IMG/VR virus record: IMGVR_UViG_3300029461_000021
DNA: 9,486 nucleotides
Strand: one strand, 5' to 3'
Source: a virus
Taxonomy: Duplodnaviria > Heunggongvirae > Uroviricota > Caudoviricetes
The notes under the pieces are model-generated. The model was given only the letters and a program-made list of their open reading frames with translations, was not told the origin of the DNA and searched no databases. This document shows, in pieces, positions 1-8,063 of the stretch (the stretch's first letter is position 1; every line of letters starts with the position of its first letter). A program made the position numbers and the translations under genes.

Positions 1-70
1 CATCCGTTTCGCTGAAAAACATAACCCATAAAATGCTAGCTGTACCAGGAACCACCTCCTTAGCCTGTGT

Positions 71-97
71 AATCTCCCTTACACGGGCTTATTTTTT
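71..97. other. P2-type attachment-site core (attR/attP core, 27 bp), candidate prophage-host junction
   Basis: Reverse complement of 71-97 reads AAAAAATAAGCCCGTGTAAGGGAGATT, which matches my recollection of the 27-bp P2 att core; it lies just downstream of ogr as in P2. From memory, not database-verified. Confidence 0.5.
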
Positions 98-161
98 ACG
101 CGTAATACAATGAAATAAAAGGATTTATTTCTGGTCACGTCCACACATTGACCACATCGAC

Positions 162-187
162 AAAAAAGCCCCTCGACTGAGGGGCTT
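162..187 (-). terminator. Rho-independent terminator downstream of ogr
   Basis: GC-rich inverted repeat AGCCCCTC/GAGGGGCT (167-174 and 179-186, loop GACT); on the minus strand the hairpin is followed by a run of six U (plus-strand A 162-167), 12 nt after the ogr stop. Confidence 0.6.
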
Positions 188-198
188 CCTGTTTGTAA

Positions 199-417
199 TT
201 ACATCCACATAATTTGCTGCCCTGACGGCAACGGGTGCGGTCTTACGGCGTGGACTTCTCCCGGCTTCACGATGTATCGCTGTACCGACTCATAAGTGAT
301 GAACGTGGCGCTGCAATTCACGTTCTGACACTGGTGATAACGCTCTTTTGTCGTGTCAGTGATATAGCGGCTTGTACGCGCATGTGCGGCATGCTGGCAT
401 AAAGGACAATGAAACAT
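199..417 (-). CDS. ogr: Ogr-family zinc-finger late-gene transcription activator (72 aa)
   Basis: Protein MFHCPLCQHAAHARTSRYITDTTKERYHQCQNVNC... carries the CxxC...CxxxxC zinc-finger pattern and matches the P2 Ogr N-terminus and length as recalled. ATG at 417 is preceded by GGAAGAGG 8 nt upstream; the 93-aa track ORF uses a TTG at 480 and is probably an over-extension. Confidence 0.88.
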   Translation of the reverse strand: MFHCPLCQHAAHARTSRYITDTTKERYHQCQNVNCSATFITYESVQRYIVKPGEVHAVRPHPLPSGQQIMWM

Positions 418-498
418 CGCGAGCACCTCTTCCGGTTTTGTTGATGGTGCCATTTTAGTTAATTTATCCTTATAAAACAAACAGATAAAATAAAAACA

Positions 499-1662
499 TC
501 ACTCATCATCTTCTGTTTCGTACTCCACATCAGAAAGCCTGACCTCAAGCTCCAAGGACGTCGTGAAGCCGCTATTATTCAGAAAATGTGTCACCTTAGT
601 GATTGTCCAGTCCTGCTCGTCTATGACGCGCTTAAAGCCTGACACTTTAACCGGTGTTTCCGTGTAAATATCAGCACGACCGGTAGCCAGACTGATGGAG
701 AACTCCGCAACGCCCCGTTGCAGCTTATCCCACTTCGCCTGAGCGGCGCGCATGGCCTGCGCTTTCGTGGCATATACCGTGGTCAGGGCAAAAACGTTGT
801 CAGCCTCACCGGCCATGTATTCACCTTCACGCGCTTCCGGTACTTTAGGCGCTTTCTTCTGCCTGACCGGTTTCGCGTTCGGGTGCTCCAGTGCGCGCAG
901 GTGTTTCTCTTTCTTTTTGCGTTTCAGTTTTACCTTCTGCTTTTGCGGTTTCGGGTCTTTGGTGTGTAACCACTTTGCCGTTACGCCTGTATAGGCTCCG
1001 CGGTCAGCAATCGCAAAATGATGACGGTCGCCGTCGCTGCGGGTGATGGTAATCTGCGGGATTTTTTTACCGCTGGCCGTCACCCCCTGCCCCGCTTTGA
1101 GAAACAGCAGTTTTCCCATTTTTACCGACACCTCACCGCCGTTGCGTTCAGCAAGACGGGTCAGGAATTTCGCATCAGACTCCTGCGACTGGTCGATGTG
1201 CGGGATTTTAATTCCTGCCAGTGACGGCGCGACACTGGCTTCCAGCCTGTTACGGGAGGCTATCGCCTCAACAATCGCACCGAGCGTGGTGTCATGCCAT
1301 GAGCCTTCACGGCGGGAATTGAGCGTCCCGCGAAAATCTGCACTCCGGGCGCGGATGGTGACCACATCCGGTGCGCCCCGGTGTTCAACCTCATCAACGG
1401 TGAATTTCCCTTTGCATACCAGGGCAAAACCTTTCCAGCCGATATACACCGTCAGGACAGCGCCACGAACCGGCAGCCCGACCTGCCCGTCGGTATCGTT
1501 CAGTTCAATATCAAGCTGGTCAGCCTCAAAGCCCCGGTTATCCGTCAGGGTCATACTCATCAGACGGTCGCTGATATTGCCGGTAATATCCCTGCTGTCG
1601 AGCATCAGCATGTAATCCGGCGTCAGCGTACTGCCTGCATCAAATGTCAGTGCATCCAGCAT
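499..1662 (-). CDS. D: Phage tail protein D (P2 gpD family), 387 aa
   Basis: 387-aa ORF, same length as P2 gpD, positioned between U and ogr; its ATG overlaps the U stop (TAATG). Confidence 0.9.
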   Translation of the reverse strand: MLDALTFDAGSTLTPDYMLMLDSRDITGNISDRLMSMTLTDNRGFEADQLDIELNDTDGQVGLPVRGAVLTVYIGWKGFALVCKGKFTVDEVEHRGAPDVVTIRARSADFRGTLNSRREGSWHDTTLGAIVEAIASRNRLEASVAPSLAGIKIPHIDQSQESDAKFLTRLAERNGGEVSVKMGKLLFLKAGQGVTASGKKIPQITITRSDGDRHHFAIADRGAYTGVTAKWLHTKDPKPQKQKVKLKRKKKEKHLRALEHPNAKPVRQKKAPKVPEAREGEYMAGEADNVFALTTVYATKAQAMRAAQAKWDKLQRGVAEFSISLATGRADIYTETPVKVSGFKRVIDEQDWTITKVTHFLNNSGFTTSLELEVRLSDVEYETEDDE

Positions 1663-2141
1663 TATTCCGCCCCCGTCATCCCCGTGAATTTAGTCGCCAT
1701 ACTGCCAGCCTTACCGATGAGCGATTCTGCCTGTTTACCGATATCGCCATAAAGCGCGGCCAGTGATTCATCCACGCGGGTGAGTGACAGCGTAAAATCA
1801 ATTTTCCGGGGTGTGCCGTCTGCAAAGAAAATACTCCCTGTTTCACTCACCCTGCTGATGACATACATGCCGTAAATCATGCCTGTGCCATCCAGCAACG
1901 GCCACGCCCGGCCTTCCTCTGCCATCAGTCTGAGCGTGGTCATCGTCAGCTTGCCGCCGGTCAGTTCGGGATAAAGCACACCGGCAAGCGTCATGTTTTC
2001 CTCACCAACGCCGAGAAACTGGTAGGCATCCCGTTTACCGATACGGGAATTTGACGGCCAGCGATAATCTGATTCACGCTGCATGGTCTGGTGTGGCAGC
2101 GTCTGGCGCATAAAAACAAACATACCTAACGCGAGCATCAT
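1662..2141 (-). CDS. U: Phage tail protein U (P2 gpU family), 159 aa
   Basis: 159-aa ORF, same length as P2 gpU; strong SD AAGGAGGTG upstream of the ATG at 2141; lies between T and D. Confidence 0.9.
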   Translation of the reverse strand: MMLALGMFVFMRQTLPHQTMQRESDYRWPSNSRIGKRDAYQFLGVGEENMTLAGVLYPELTGGKLTMTTLRLMAEEGRAWPLLDGTGMIYGMYVISRVSETGSIFFADGTPRKIDFTLSLTRVDESLAALYGDIGKQAESLIGKAGSMATKFTGMTGAE

Positions 2142-2155
2142 TTTTCGTCACCTCC

Positions 2156-4603
2156 TTAACCGTCATGCATCATGCTGGCACGGGCGCGCGCACGTTTATC
2201 CCGCTCGTATTTTTCGAGCGCATCCTGTAACTGGCGGTCAAGCTGTGTCCCCGGTGCAGTACCACCCGTCAGGCTGATGTGATATTCGTTTTTACTCTGG
2301 TCCACATAAGAGCGGCCAGCCGGTGCCGTGACCGGCTGATAAGCCTGATAACCTGCATAAGAGCTGGTCGCCGGAATATAACCACCGCTGCCATACGTGG
2401 CGGCTTGAGTTCTGGCGGCGGTCTGGTCAAGTGTGTCTGACTCTTTGTTGATAACACCGAGTTTTTCCAGTACCCAGTCAATACCACTGCGCAGTTTGTT
2501 GAACGCATTAAGCGGCAGCATCAGCGCGTCAGCCAGTGCCTGCCCGAACATGACGCCCGTGTCACGGCAACGGTTCAGGGTGTCCTGGGTAGCTTTGACC
2601 GGGGCAATCAGGTTTTTAAACCACTGCCACGCGGCCTGTAACTTTTCACCCAGCCAGTCAAACACCGGCTTAAGTGGCGTGAACAGTTCCCCCACTGGCG
2701 CAAATGCTGCTTTCAGCCCTTCAACCACACCGCCAAAGAATGCGCTGACAGGCTCCCAGTATTTACGGATAAGCAACGCCCCGGCGACAATGGTGGCCAC
2801 CACGGCCACAACCGGCCAGCTAATCGCCCCGATGGCGGTCATAACAGCACTGCCAACCGTCGTGAAGACTGCCCCCATTGCGCCTGCTGCCGCGATGATG
2901 GCATTAATGCCGGTGATAACCGGCCAGGCTACAAGACCAATTGCACCGATGATGCCAGTAAGCGCCAGTGCACCACCGACAATAAGGCCGATGGTTGACG
3001 CCAGTGATTTGTTTTTCTGGATCCAGCCGTCGAGTTTTAACACATACTTTGTGGCCGTCTGCGTGAGCTTACGCAGTGCGCCTGCCTGCTGGTCAAACAG
3101 GTCAGTCCCCACCGCCTCATAAGCGGACTGAAACTCCTTAAAGTCACCGCCGAGGTTGTCCTGCATGATATTTACCAGCTCTGCGGTCTTTCCGTCTGAG
3201 GCTTTAAACGCAGCGGTCAGTTTGTCCAGCTTTCCGGTTGAGGCGGCAGTCATCAGCACGGCGGCGGCTGAACTGGCCTCCTCCCCGAAAATGGTTTTCA
3301 TGTATTCAGCCTGCTGGGCAGTACCGAGCCGGTTTTTCTCAAAGCTGGCCTGCATTTCTTTCAGAATGGTAAATACTGGCCGGGTGTTTCCCTTACTGTC
3401 TGAGGTTTTCACGCCAAGCTCTTTCAGTGCATCCCATGCTTTTCCCGTCGGTGCCTGCAGGCGGCTTAACACGGCACGGCTTCCCGTCCCCGCCATTGAA
3501 CCGGTAATTTTTGCATCATGCAGCGCCCCGACCATTGCGGCGGTTTCTTCAATGCTGACACCAGCATTTTTTGACACAGGTGCGGCATAGGTCAGCGCAT
3601 CGCTCATGCCATCAAAATCGGCGGCGGTTTTGTTCATCGTCATGGAGAGAACATCCCCGATATGAGCGACCTTATCGTTTGAAAGCTGAAAGGCGGATTT
3701 CATCCCCATCAGCAGGGCGGCGTTTTCTTCCATCGTGCGGCGGTTCGCCAGCGCCATGTTCAGCGTGACCGGCGTTGCCGCCTGAATGGCATCAACATCC
3801 CCACCCGCTTTCGCGATGATAATCTGTGCACCGGCTGCATCATCTGCCGAGGCGGCGGTATTGTCGCCGAGCTGGCGCGCCTGCTTGCGTAGCGCGGCCA
3901 TTTCGGCAGAGTCTTTTTCCACACCGAGCACGGCCTGTAATTCTGAGTTTTTCTGCGCAAACTCATAACCGGGCATCAGCAGCTTAACTCCGGCCATCGT
4001 TCCCGCCGCCGCAATACCCACACCGGCAGCGCCCACCGAGGCCATATTTCCGGCCAGTTCCTTTCCGACCTGATAACGCTGTTTTACTGCATTAAGTTTT
4101 GCCTGTTGCGCACTGACACGCGCCAGCGCATCACGCTGACGGTTAAGCTGTGTGGTGGTTTCGCTGATACGATTTTTCAGCCCTCGTTCATCATGCGCCA
4201 GATTACGGGTATTAATACCCGCCTGACTCAATTCCTGACGCTGGCGCTGTACCGACAATCTCAGGCTGTTATATTTCGCCTGTAACTCAGACGCGTTTTT
4301 ACGCGCGGCTTCCATTGCCTTTGCCTGTGCATTTGTCGGTCGTTCAGTATTTGTAAACTGGACAGCCAGAGCTGCGGCTTCCTGTCTGGCTTTTTTCAGT
4401 TCCTGACCAGTCACGGCTAGCTGTGCACTGGTCTTGCGGAATCCCTCAATACGGGATGCGTGACCGTTCAGCTCGCGCAGCGATTTTTGTGTTTCCCGGA
4501 TGTCCCCCGACAGCGACTTACTCGCTGTGCGGATGGATTTAAACGGGCGGGATGCCTGGTCAACAGCCCTGAGCAATACCTTTAATTTTACATTGTTACT
4601 CAT
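2156..4603 (-). CDS. T: Tail tape measure protein (P2 gpT family), 815 aa
   Basis: 815-aa Ala/Gln-rich ORF with a coiled-coil-like N-terminal part and a hydrophobic, Gly/Ala-rich central segment typical of tape measure proteins; same length as P2 gpT; start overlaps the E' stop. Confidence 0.9.
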   Translation of the reverse strand: MSNNVKLKVLLRAVDQASRPFKSIRTASKSLSGDIRETQKSLRELNGHASRIEGFRKTSAQLAVTGQELKKARQEAAALAVQFTNTERPTNAQAKAMEAARKNASELQAKYNSLRLSVQRQRQELSQAGINTRNLAHDERGLKNRISETTTQLNRQRDALARVSAQQAKLNAVKQRYQVGKELAGNMASVGAAGVGIAAAGTMAGVKLLMPGYEFAQKNSELQAVLGVEKDSAEMAALRKQARQLGDNTAASADDAAGAQIIIAKAGGDVDAIQAATPVTLNMALANRRTMEENAALLMGMKSAFQLSNDKVAHIGDVLSMTMNKTAADFDGMSDALTYAAPVSKNAGVSIEETAAMVGALHDAKITGSMAGTGSRAVLSRLQAPTGKAWDALKELGVKTSDSKGNTRPVFTILKEMQASFEKNRLGTAQQAEYMKTIFGEEASSAAAVLMTAASTGKLDKLTAAFKASDGKTAELVNIMQDNLGGDFKEFQSAYEAVGTDLFDQQAGALRKLTQTATKYVLKLDGWIQKNKSLASTIGLIVGGALALTGIIGAIGLVAWPVITGINAIIAAAGAMGAVFTTVGSAVMTAIGAISWPVVAVVATIVAGALLIRKYWEPVSAFFGGVVEGLKAAFAPVGELFTPLKPVFDWLGEKLQAAWQWFKNLIAPVKATQDTLNRCRDTGVMFGQALADALMLPLNAFNKLRSGIDWVLEKLGVINKESDTLDQTAARTQAATYGSGGYIPATSSYAGYQAYQPVTAPAGRSYVDQSKNEYHISLTGGTAPGTQLDRQLQDALEKYERDKRARARASMMHDG

Positions 4604-5023
4604 TCGTGTTTCCGCTTCGCCGGAGCGCCTTTTCGCGCCATGTGATGAGTTCGCTCAGACTCATGGGATACAGTTCTGATGGCGGCCAGTGAAATATCAC
4701 TGCCACATCCGCCATCAGGTCATCGACCGACAGATTTTTCGGAAACGTCACTGCACCGAGTTCGGCGACAAAAAACCGACCACCTTACCGGCCAGCGCCA
4801 CAAGGTCAGGCAGTTCCAGCGCGGCGACTTCCTGCTCGGTCAGCATCGGTGCCGTCATGCGCGGCAGCACTTTAATCAGTGCATCGACTTCGGAGTTTGC
4901 GACCGCAGCCAGACTGACACCGCGCAGCGTCCCGGCATTGGGTTTCATCAGCGTGACCTGTTCGATGACCTGCTCACCACGCTTGACCGGATTGTCCAGG
5001 GTAATCACATTTTCTTTGTTCAT
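4596..5023 (-). CDS. E+E': Tail assembly chaperone E+E' made by programmed -1 ribosomal frameshift (142 aa)
   Basis: After a -1 slip on T_TTT_TTG (minus strand, 4775-4769) the frame stays open for 57 codons (VAELGAVTFPKNL...ITWREKALRRSGNTNE) to a TAA at 4598-4596 that overlaps the T start. Total is 142 aa, the size I recall for P2 E+E'. Confidence 0.7.
4748..5023 (-). CDS. E: Tail assembly chaperone E (P2 gpE family), 91 aa
   Basis: 91-aa ORF directly upstream of the tape measure gene with a TTTTTTG slippery heptamer six codons before its stop. Confidence 0.85.
   Translation of the reverse strand: MNKENVITLDNPVKRGEQVIEQVTLMKPNAGTLRGVSLAAVANSEVDALIKVLPRMTAPMLTEQEVAALELPDLVALAGKVVGFLSPNSVQ
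4769..4775 (-). other. Slippery heptamer T_TTT_TTG for the E/E' -1 frameshift
   Basis: Minus strand reads GGT TTT TTG TCG in the E frame; classic X_XXY_YYZ pattern at the conserved position near the end of E. Confidence 0.7.
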
Positions 5024-5052
5024 GGTTTTCTCACTTCTGAATCGGGGGTTAA

Positions 5053-5073
5053 CCGGTCAGCCTGGCTGACCGG
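5053..5073 (-). other. Perfect inverted repeat in the FII-E intergenic region (mRNA stem-loop, possible attenuator or processing site)
   Basis: CCGGTCAGCC-T-GGCTGACCGG, a 10/10 inverted repeat between the FII stop (5081) and the E start (5023); no U-tract follows on the minus-strand transcript, so it is not a canonical terminator. Confidence 0.35.
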
Positions 5074-5080
5074 ATGAAAA

Positions 5081-5599
5081 TCACAGGCCGATATTGCGGC
5101 GGTGTTGCTCCAGCCGGTCGACGCCGTTCACCTTCTCAATCATGTTGATGGTGTCAATTTCGACCAGCTCCTTACCGTCCATCGTCAGCCGGAAATAGGT
5201 GCAGACCACGGAGATTTTCGACTCGGTGTCTTCTCCCTGCTTACCCTCGCCGGTGTCGATTTCTTTCTGACGTCCACGCATGACCACTTCGACGGCCACC
5301 GTTTCGCCGGTATCGTCGCGCTGGTAAGAGCCTGCAAAACGAATCGGCACGGCATCCACACCGGTTGCGGCGTAAAGCTCCCAGATAACCGAATCCGGGA
5401 ATCCACCGAGCGACCACTCCATTGACAGCGCATCGTCATCAAGGCCGAGGTCTACCGGTGCGCTGCCGTTCATCCCCGCACCGCGATAGTTTTCGAGCTT
5501 ACGGGTCAGTTTTGGCAGCGTGACGGACTTTGCAACGCCCTGATAGCTGTAGCCGTTCAGAAAGACGTTCATTAACTTGAGTTTGCGCGGCATTGCCAT
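5081..5599 (-). CDS. FII: Tail tube protein FII (P2 gpFII family), 172 aa
   Basis: 172-aa ORF MAMPRKLKLMNVFLNGYSYQG... matching P2 FII as recalled; SD AAGGAG upstream of the ATG; directly downstream of the sheath gene. Confidence 0.9.
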   Translation of the reverse strand: MAMPRKLKLMNVFLNGYSYQGVAKSVTLPKLTRKLENYRGAGMNGSAPVDLGLDDDALSMEWSLGGFPDSVIWELYAATGVDAVPIRFAGSYQRDDTGETVAVEVVMRGRQKEIDTGEGKQGEDTESKISVVCTYFRLTMDGKELVEIDTINMIEKVNGVDRLEQHRRNIGL

Positions 5600-5611
5600 C
5601 GGTCAGGCTCC

Positions 5612-6802
5612 TTAATTGCTGTTAACCGAGGTAACCAGACTTGCCAGGTATCTGGAAGTAATACGCTGGCGCAGGGTCAGGTTTTCGAGAGGAGGCACCG
5701 GGGTATAGTCGTAGTCGATATACAGTTTTCCGGCCTTGAGGGTTTCCGCATCATTGGCTTCTTCACTGAACCAGCATGTGCCATCCACGATATAACCGTT
5801 GTTTTTCAGTTCGCGGAATTTGGCATTAATGCCATCAATGATGTCACGAATCAGCGTTGCGGTAATTGGCTTATCAATAGCCCACATGTGCGCCTCGGCC
5901 ATCGTGTCGGCCAGTACCTGCGCGGTGCGGGTGTAGCTTTCAAAGAGGAACAGCGGGTCATCAGAGCAGGTACGGTTACCCCAGAAGCGGAAGCCGTCGC
6001 GGCGAATCAGCGTAGTGATGCCTGACTCGTTAAGCAGGTCAGCATCAGTGCCGGACTTCTGCAAATCCCAGAATACAGAGGCGCTGATGCCGGTAACACC
6101 ATTTACCCCGACGTTGGACAGCGTTTTATGCCAGCCCTGCTCCTGGTCGATTTTGGCACGCAGCCCCAGCGCACGGGCGGTGGCATACGCGGTGGCAGTG
6201 GTACTGGTAACCGTATCCCATGCGAGGAAATCCGGCCAGATGACCATCAGCTCACGCTGGCTGAAATTCTGACGGTAGGCTTTTGCCTCGGAAATGGTTT
6301 TACAGCCCCATGCGCTGATATACCCGAATGCATTCAGTTCCTGGCATACCGATGCCAGTGCGACGGCAACCTCTTTGGTGTCCAGCCCCGGCACACCAAG
6401 AATGCGCGGTTTAACGCCGGTAACCGACTCAGCCCCCATCAGGGCTTTCAGTCCGGTGTACTGACCGTTTTCGTCAGTGGTGCCGATGATATTGGAAACG
6501 GTCTGCGCGAGTTTCGTTTCCTCGTCGTCGCCGGTGCCGTCTTCCACACGCACGACAACAGTGACCGGTTTTGACTGGTCGGCGATAGCCTGCAACGACG
6601 CCGCCAGCGTGCCTTTTTTACCGGCCTTTGCAATTGCGCTCTGTACATTGGTAATCAGCACCGGTTTATTGACGGGGAAGGTTTCCGCATCCGCATCGCT
6701 GGCCGTGCAGACCATGCCGACAATGGCCGTGGATACGGTGGAAATGACGCGGGTGCCGTCGTTAATCTCCAGCACCTGCACGCCGTGATGATAGTCACTC
6801 AT
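5612..6802 (-). CDS. FI: Contractile tail sheath protein FI (P2 gpFI family), 396 aa
   Basis: Track ORF is 446 aa from an upstream alternative start. The internal ATG at 6802 (MSDYHHGVQVLEINDGTRV...) has a GGAG SD and gives 396 aa, matching P2 FI as recalled. Confidence 0.88.
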   Translation of the reverse strand: MSDYHHGVQVLEINDGTRVISTVSTAIVGMVCTASDADAETFPVNKPVLITNVQSAIAKAGKKGTLAASLQAIADQSKPVTVVVRVEDGTGDDEETKLAQTVSNIIGTTDENGQYTGLKALMGAESVTGVKPRILGVPGLDTKEVAVALASVCQELNAFGYISAWGCKTISEAKAYRQNFSQRELMVIWPDFLAWDTVTSTTATAYATARALGLRAKIDQEQGWHKTLSNVGVNGVTGISASVFWDLQKSGTDADLLNESGITTLIRRDGFRFWGNRTCSDDPLFLFESYTRTAQVLADTMAEAHMWAIDKPITATLIRDIIDGINAKFRELKNNGYIVDGTCWFSEEANDAETLKAGKLYIDYDYTPVPPLENLTLRQRITSRYLASLVTSVNSN

Positions 6803-7272
6803 CCGTTTAACTCCGTGGTTAATGGGTGCAACTATTTTCTGTTGTGCGAAGCATGAGACGCTATTTGACCTGGCTGGGCAGTGGATGAAACAACAGATAA
6901 AGAAAAAGTGGGCAACTTGCCCGCCTCTATTTATTGCGGTATACCCAGCCATTCAGGATTTGTTGCTACTCATAATTACCTGCAAAGAAACAAAGAAAAG
7001 ATGAAAATACAAGCTGTCTGGTACAAAGAAATCCATCAGACTTCCAACACCCCATACATGTGCCCCCACCACGGTATGCTGCTCCGCTTCCCTTTGCGGA
7101 TATTTTCTATCCATCGATTTTCAGCCAGGATATGCACGTGCGCGATGAAGAATGTCACACTACTATTGCCTTGTAAGCCCAGTTCCCGGTAAGAATAGCA
7201 ACCAGCATCTGCGCTGCTACAGCACAAAGCGAGTGTATATTTGGGGGGAATATCCTTCATAAACTGTTCGAC

Positions 7273-7300
7273 GAAACCACGCTGTGGTTTCTCTTGTTAT
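7273..7300 (+). terminator. Terminator-like hairpin with U-rich tail
   Basis: GAAACCAC-gct-GTGGTTTC (8-bp stem, 3-nt loop) followed by TCTTGTTAT. Confidence 0.3.
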
Positions 7301-7415
7301 CAAACCGAGTGGCATTATCACTAGTTTTACTAAATTACCAACTTCACTGTGAATGATATGCATGATAGAATCAGAAAATTAAATTATACAGATCTTAATC
7401 AATTCCGCGTTTTAT

Positions 7416-7441
7416 GCCCGTTGCTTCCACGGGCTTTTTTT
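7416..7441 (+). terminator. Rho-independent terminator
   Basis: GCCCGT-tgcttcc-ACGGGC followed by seven T. Confidence 0.5.
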
Positions 7442-7536
7442 AAAAAATCACCTAAAATAAATAATTATATTCACTTTTATTCTAATACAGAATAGAATAT
7501 GAAATCGTCAATTTGTACCATTAATTTTCAAATCTT

Positions 7537-7566
7537 CCCCGCCTTCGAGAGAATGCGGGGCTTTTT
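7537..7566 (+). terminator. Terminator-like hairpin with T-tract
   Basis: CCCCGC-(12-nt loop)-GCGGGG followed by CTTTTT. Confidence 0.4.
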
Positions 7567-7714
7567 ACATGAGTACAACTTCACATTAACTATTTTTATA
7601 CTTATAATTTGCTTTGCTTAAAAATGTTCAAAATGTACGCCAACATATTTAATTATGCTGATTTTATCACCAACAAAACTATCACCATGCAAACAATCCC
7701 TCGTGTTAGTTATA

Positions 7715-7730
7715 CTGCAATGCATTGCAG
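7715..7730. promoter_or_regulatory. Perfect 16-bp palindrome, candidate operator or activator site upstream of the cargo promoter
   Basis: CTGCAATGCATTGCAG is a perfect palindrome about 45-60 bp upstream of the TATAAT box. Confidence 0.3.
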
Positions 7731-7775
7731 CATGATGTGCTGATGACTTCATTAAATCATGTCACAATGTTCAGA

Positions 7776-7781
7776 TATAAT
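7776..7781 (+). promoter_or_regulatory. Candidate sigma70 -10 hexamer for the leader/glycosyltransferase transcript
   Basis: Consensus TATAAT about 64 nt upstream of the leader ATG at 7845; possible weak -35 TTAAAT at 7752-7757 with an 18-nt spacer, in an AT-rich context. Confidence 0.3.
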
Positions 7782-7844
7782 GCTTCATGTTATGAGATAG
7801 CATTCTGAATATTCATAAACATTATTAACGTTAGAGGTTGCATA

Positions 7845-8059
<215 letters not shown>

Positions 8060-8063
<4 letters not shown>

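Noticed and set aside
199-480. 93-aa extended Ogr ORF
   Set aside because: It initiates at a TTG, whereas the internal ATG at 417 has a good SD and gives the 72-aa Ogr size with the MFHCPLC N-terminus.
838-960. Lysine-rich low-complexity stretch in gpD (KQKVKLKRKKKEKH...QKKAPK), considered as a possible separate insertion or nuclear-localisation-like element
   Set aside because: It is in frame and continuous within the 387-aa gpD ORF, whose total length matches P2 gpD; most likely a native basic linker rather than an independent feature.
718-1752. Plus-strand ORFs 718-969, 752-994, 1018-1224, 1043-1615 and 1381-1752
   Set aside because: All lie antisense to gpD and gpU, with no SD and composition-driven open frames.
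2433-3122. Long plus-strand ORFs (229 aa here; also 3156-3590, 3571-3768 and 3786-3968) and minus-strand ORFs (2269-2508, 3760-3966) inside the tape measure gene
   Set aside because: They are antisense or out of frame within a GC-rich coding region that already carries an 815-aa ORF matching P2 gpT in length; the translations are low-complexity Ala/Ser/Pro/Arg strings typical of spurious open frames.
4679-5077. Plus-strand ORFs 4679-5077 and 4689-5069
   Set aside because: Antisense to E and E'; the minus-strand E and E' assignment explains this region completely.
5102-5442. ORFs 5102-5425 (+) and 5185-5442 (-) inside FII; also 6015-6272, 6128-6574, 6477-6788 (+) and 6448-6648 (-) inside FI
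   Set aside because: Overlapping or antisense frames within confidently assigned structural genes.
5612-6952. 446-aa extended FI ORF
   Set aside because: The 50 extra N-terminal residues come from an upstream alternative start; the ATG at 6802 with a GGAG SD gives the expected 396-aa sheath protein beginning MSDYHHGVQ.
7036-7260. 74-aa minus-strand ORF (MKDIPPKYTLALCCSS...), considered as a lipoprotein-like small gene
   Set aside because: No SD, no hydrophobic signal core before the Cys residues, and an implausible composition; kept only as background in the spacer finding.
7499-7621. 40-codon plus-strand ORF (MKSSICTINFQIFPAFERMRGF...) with a hydrophobic C-terminus, considered as a small toxin or membrane peptide
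   Set aside because: No SD, and a terminator-like hairpin lies inside it; it is more likely non-coding AT-rich DNA.
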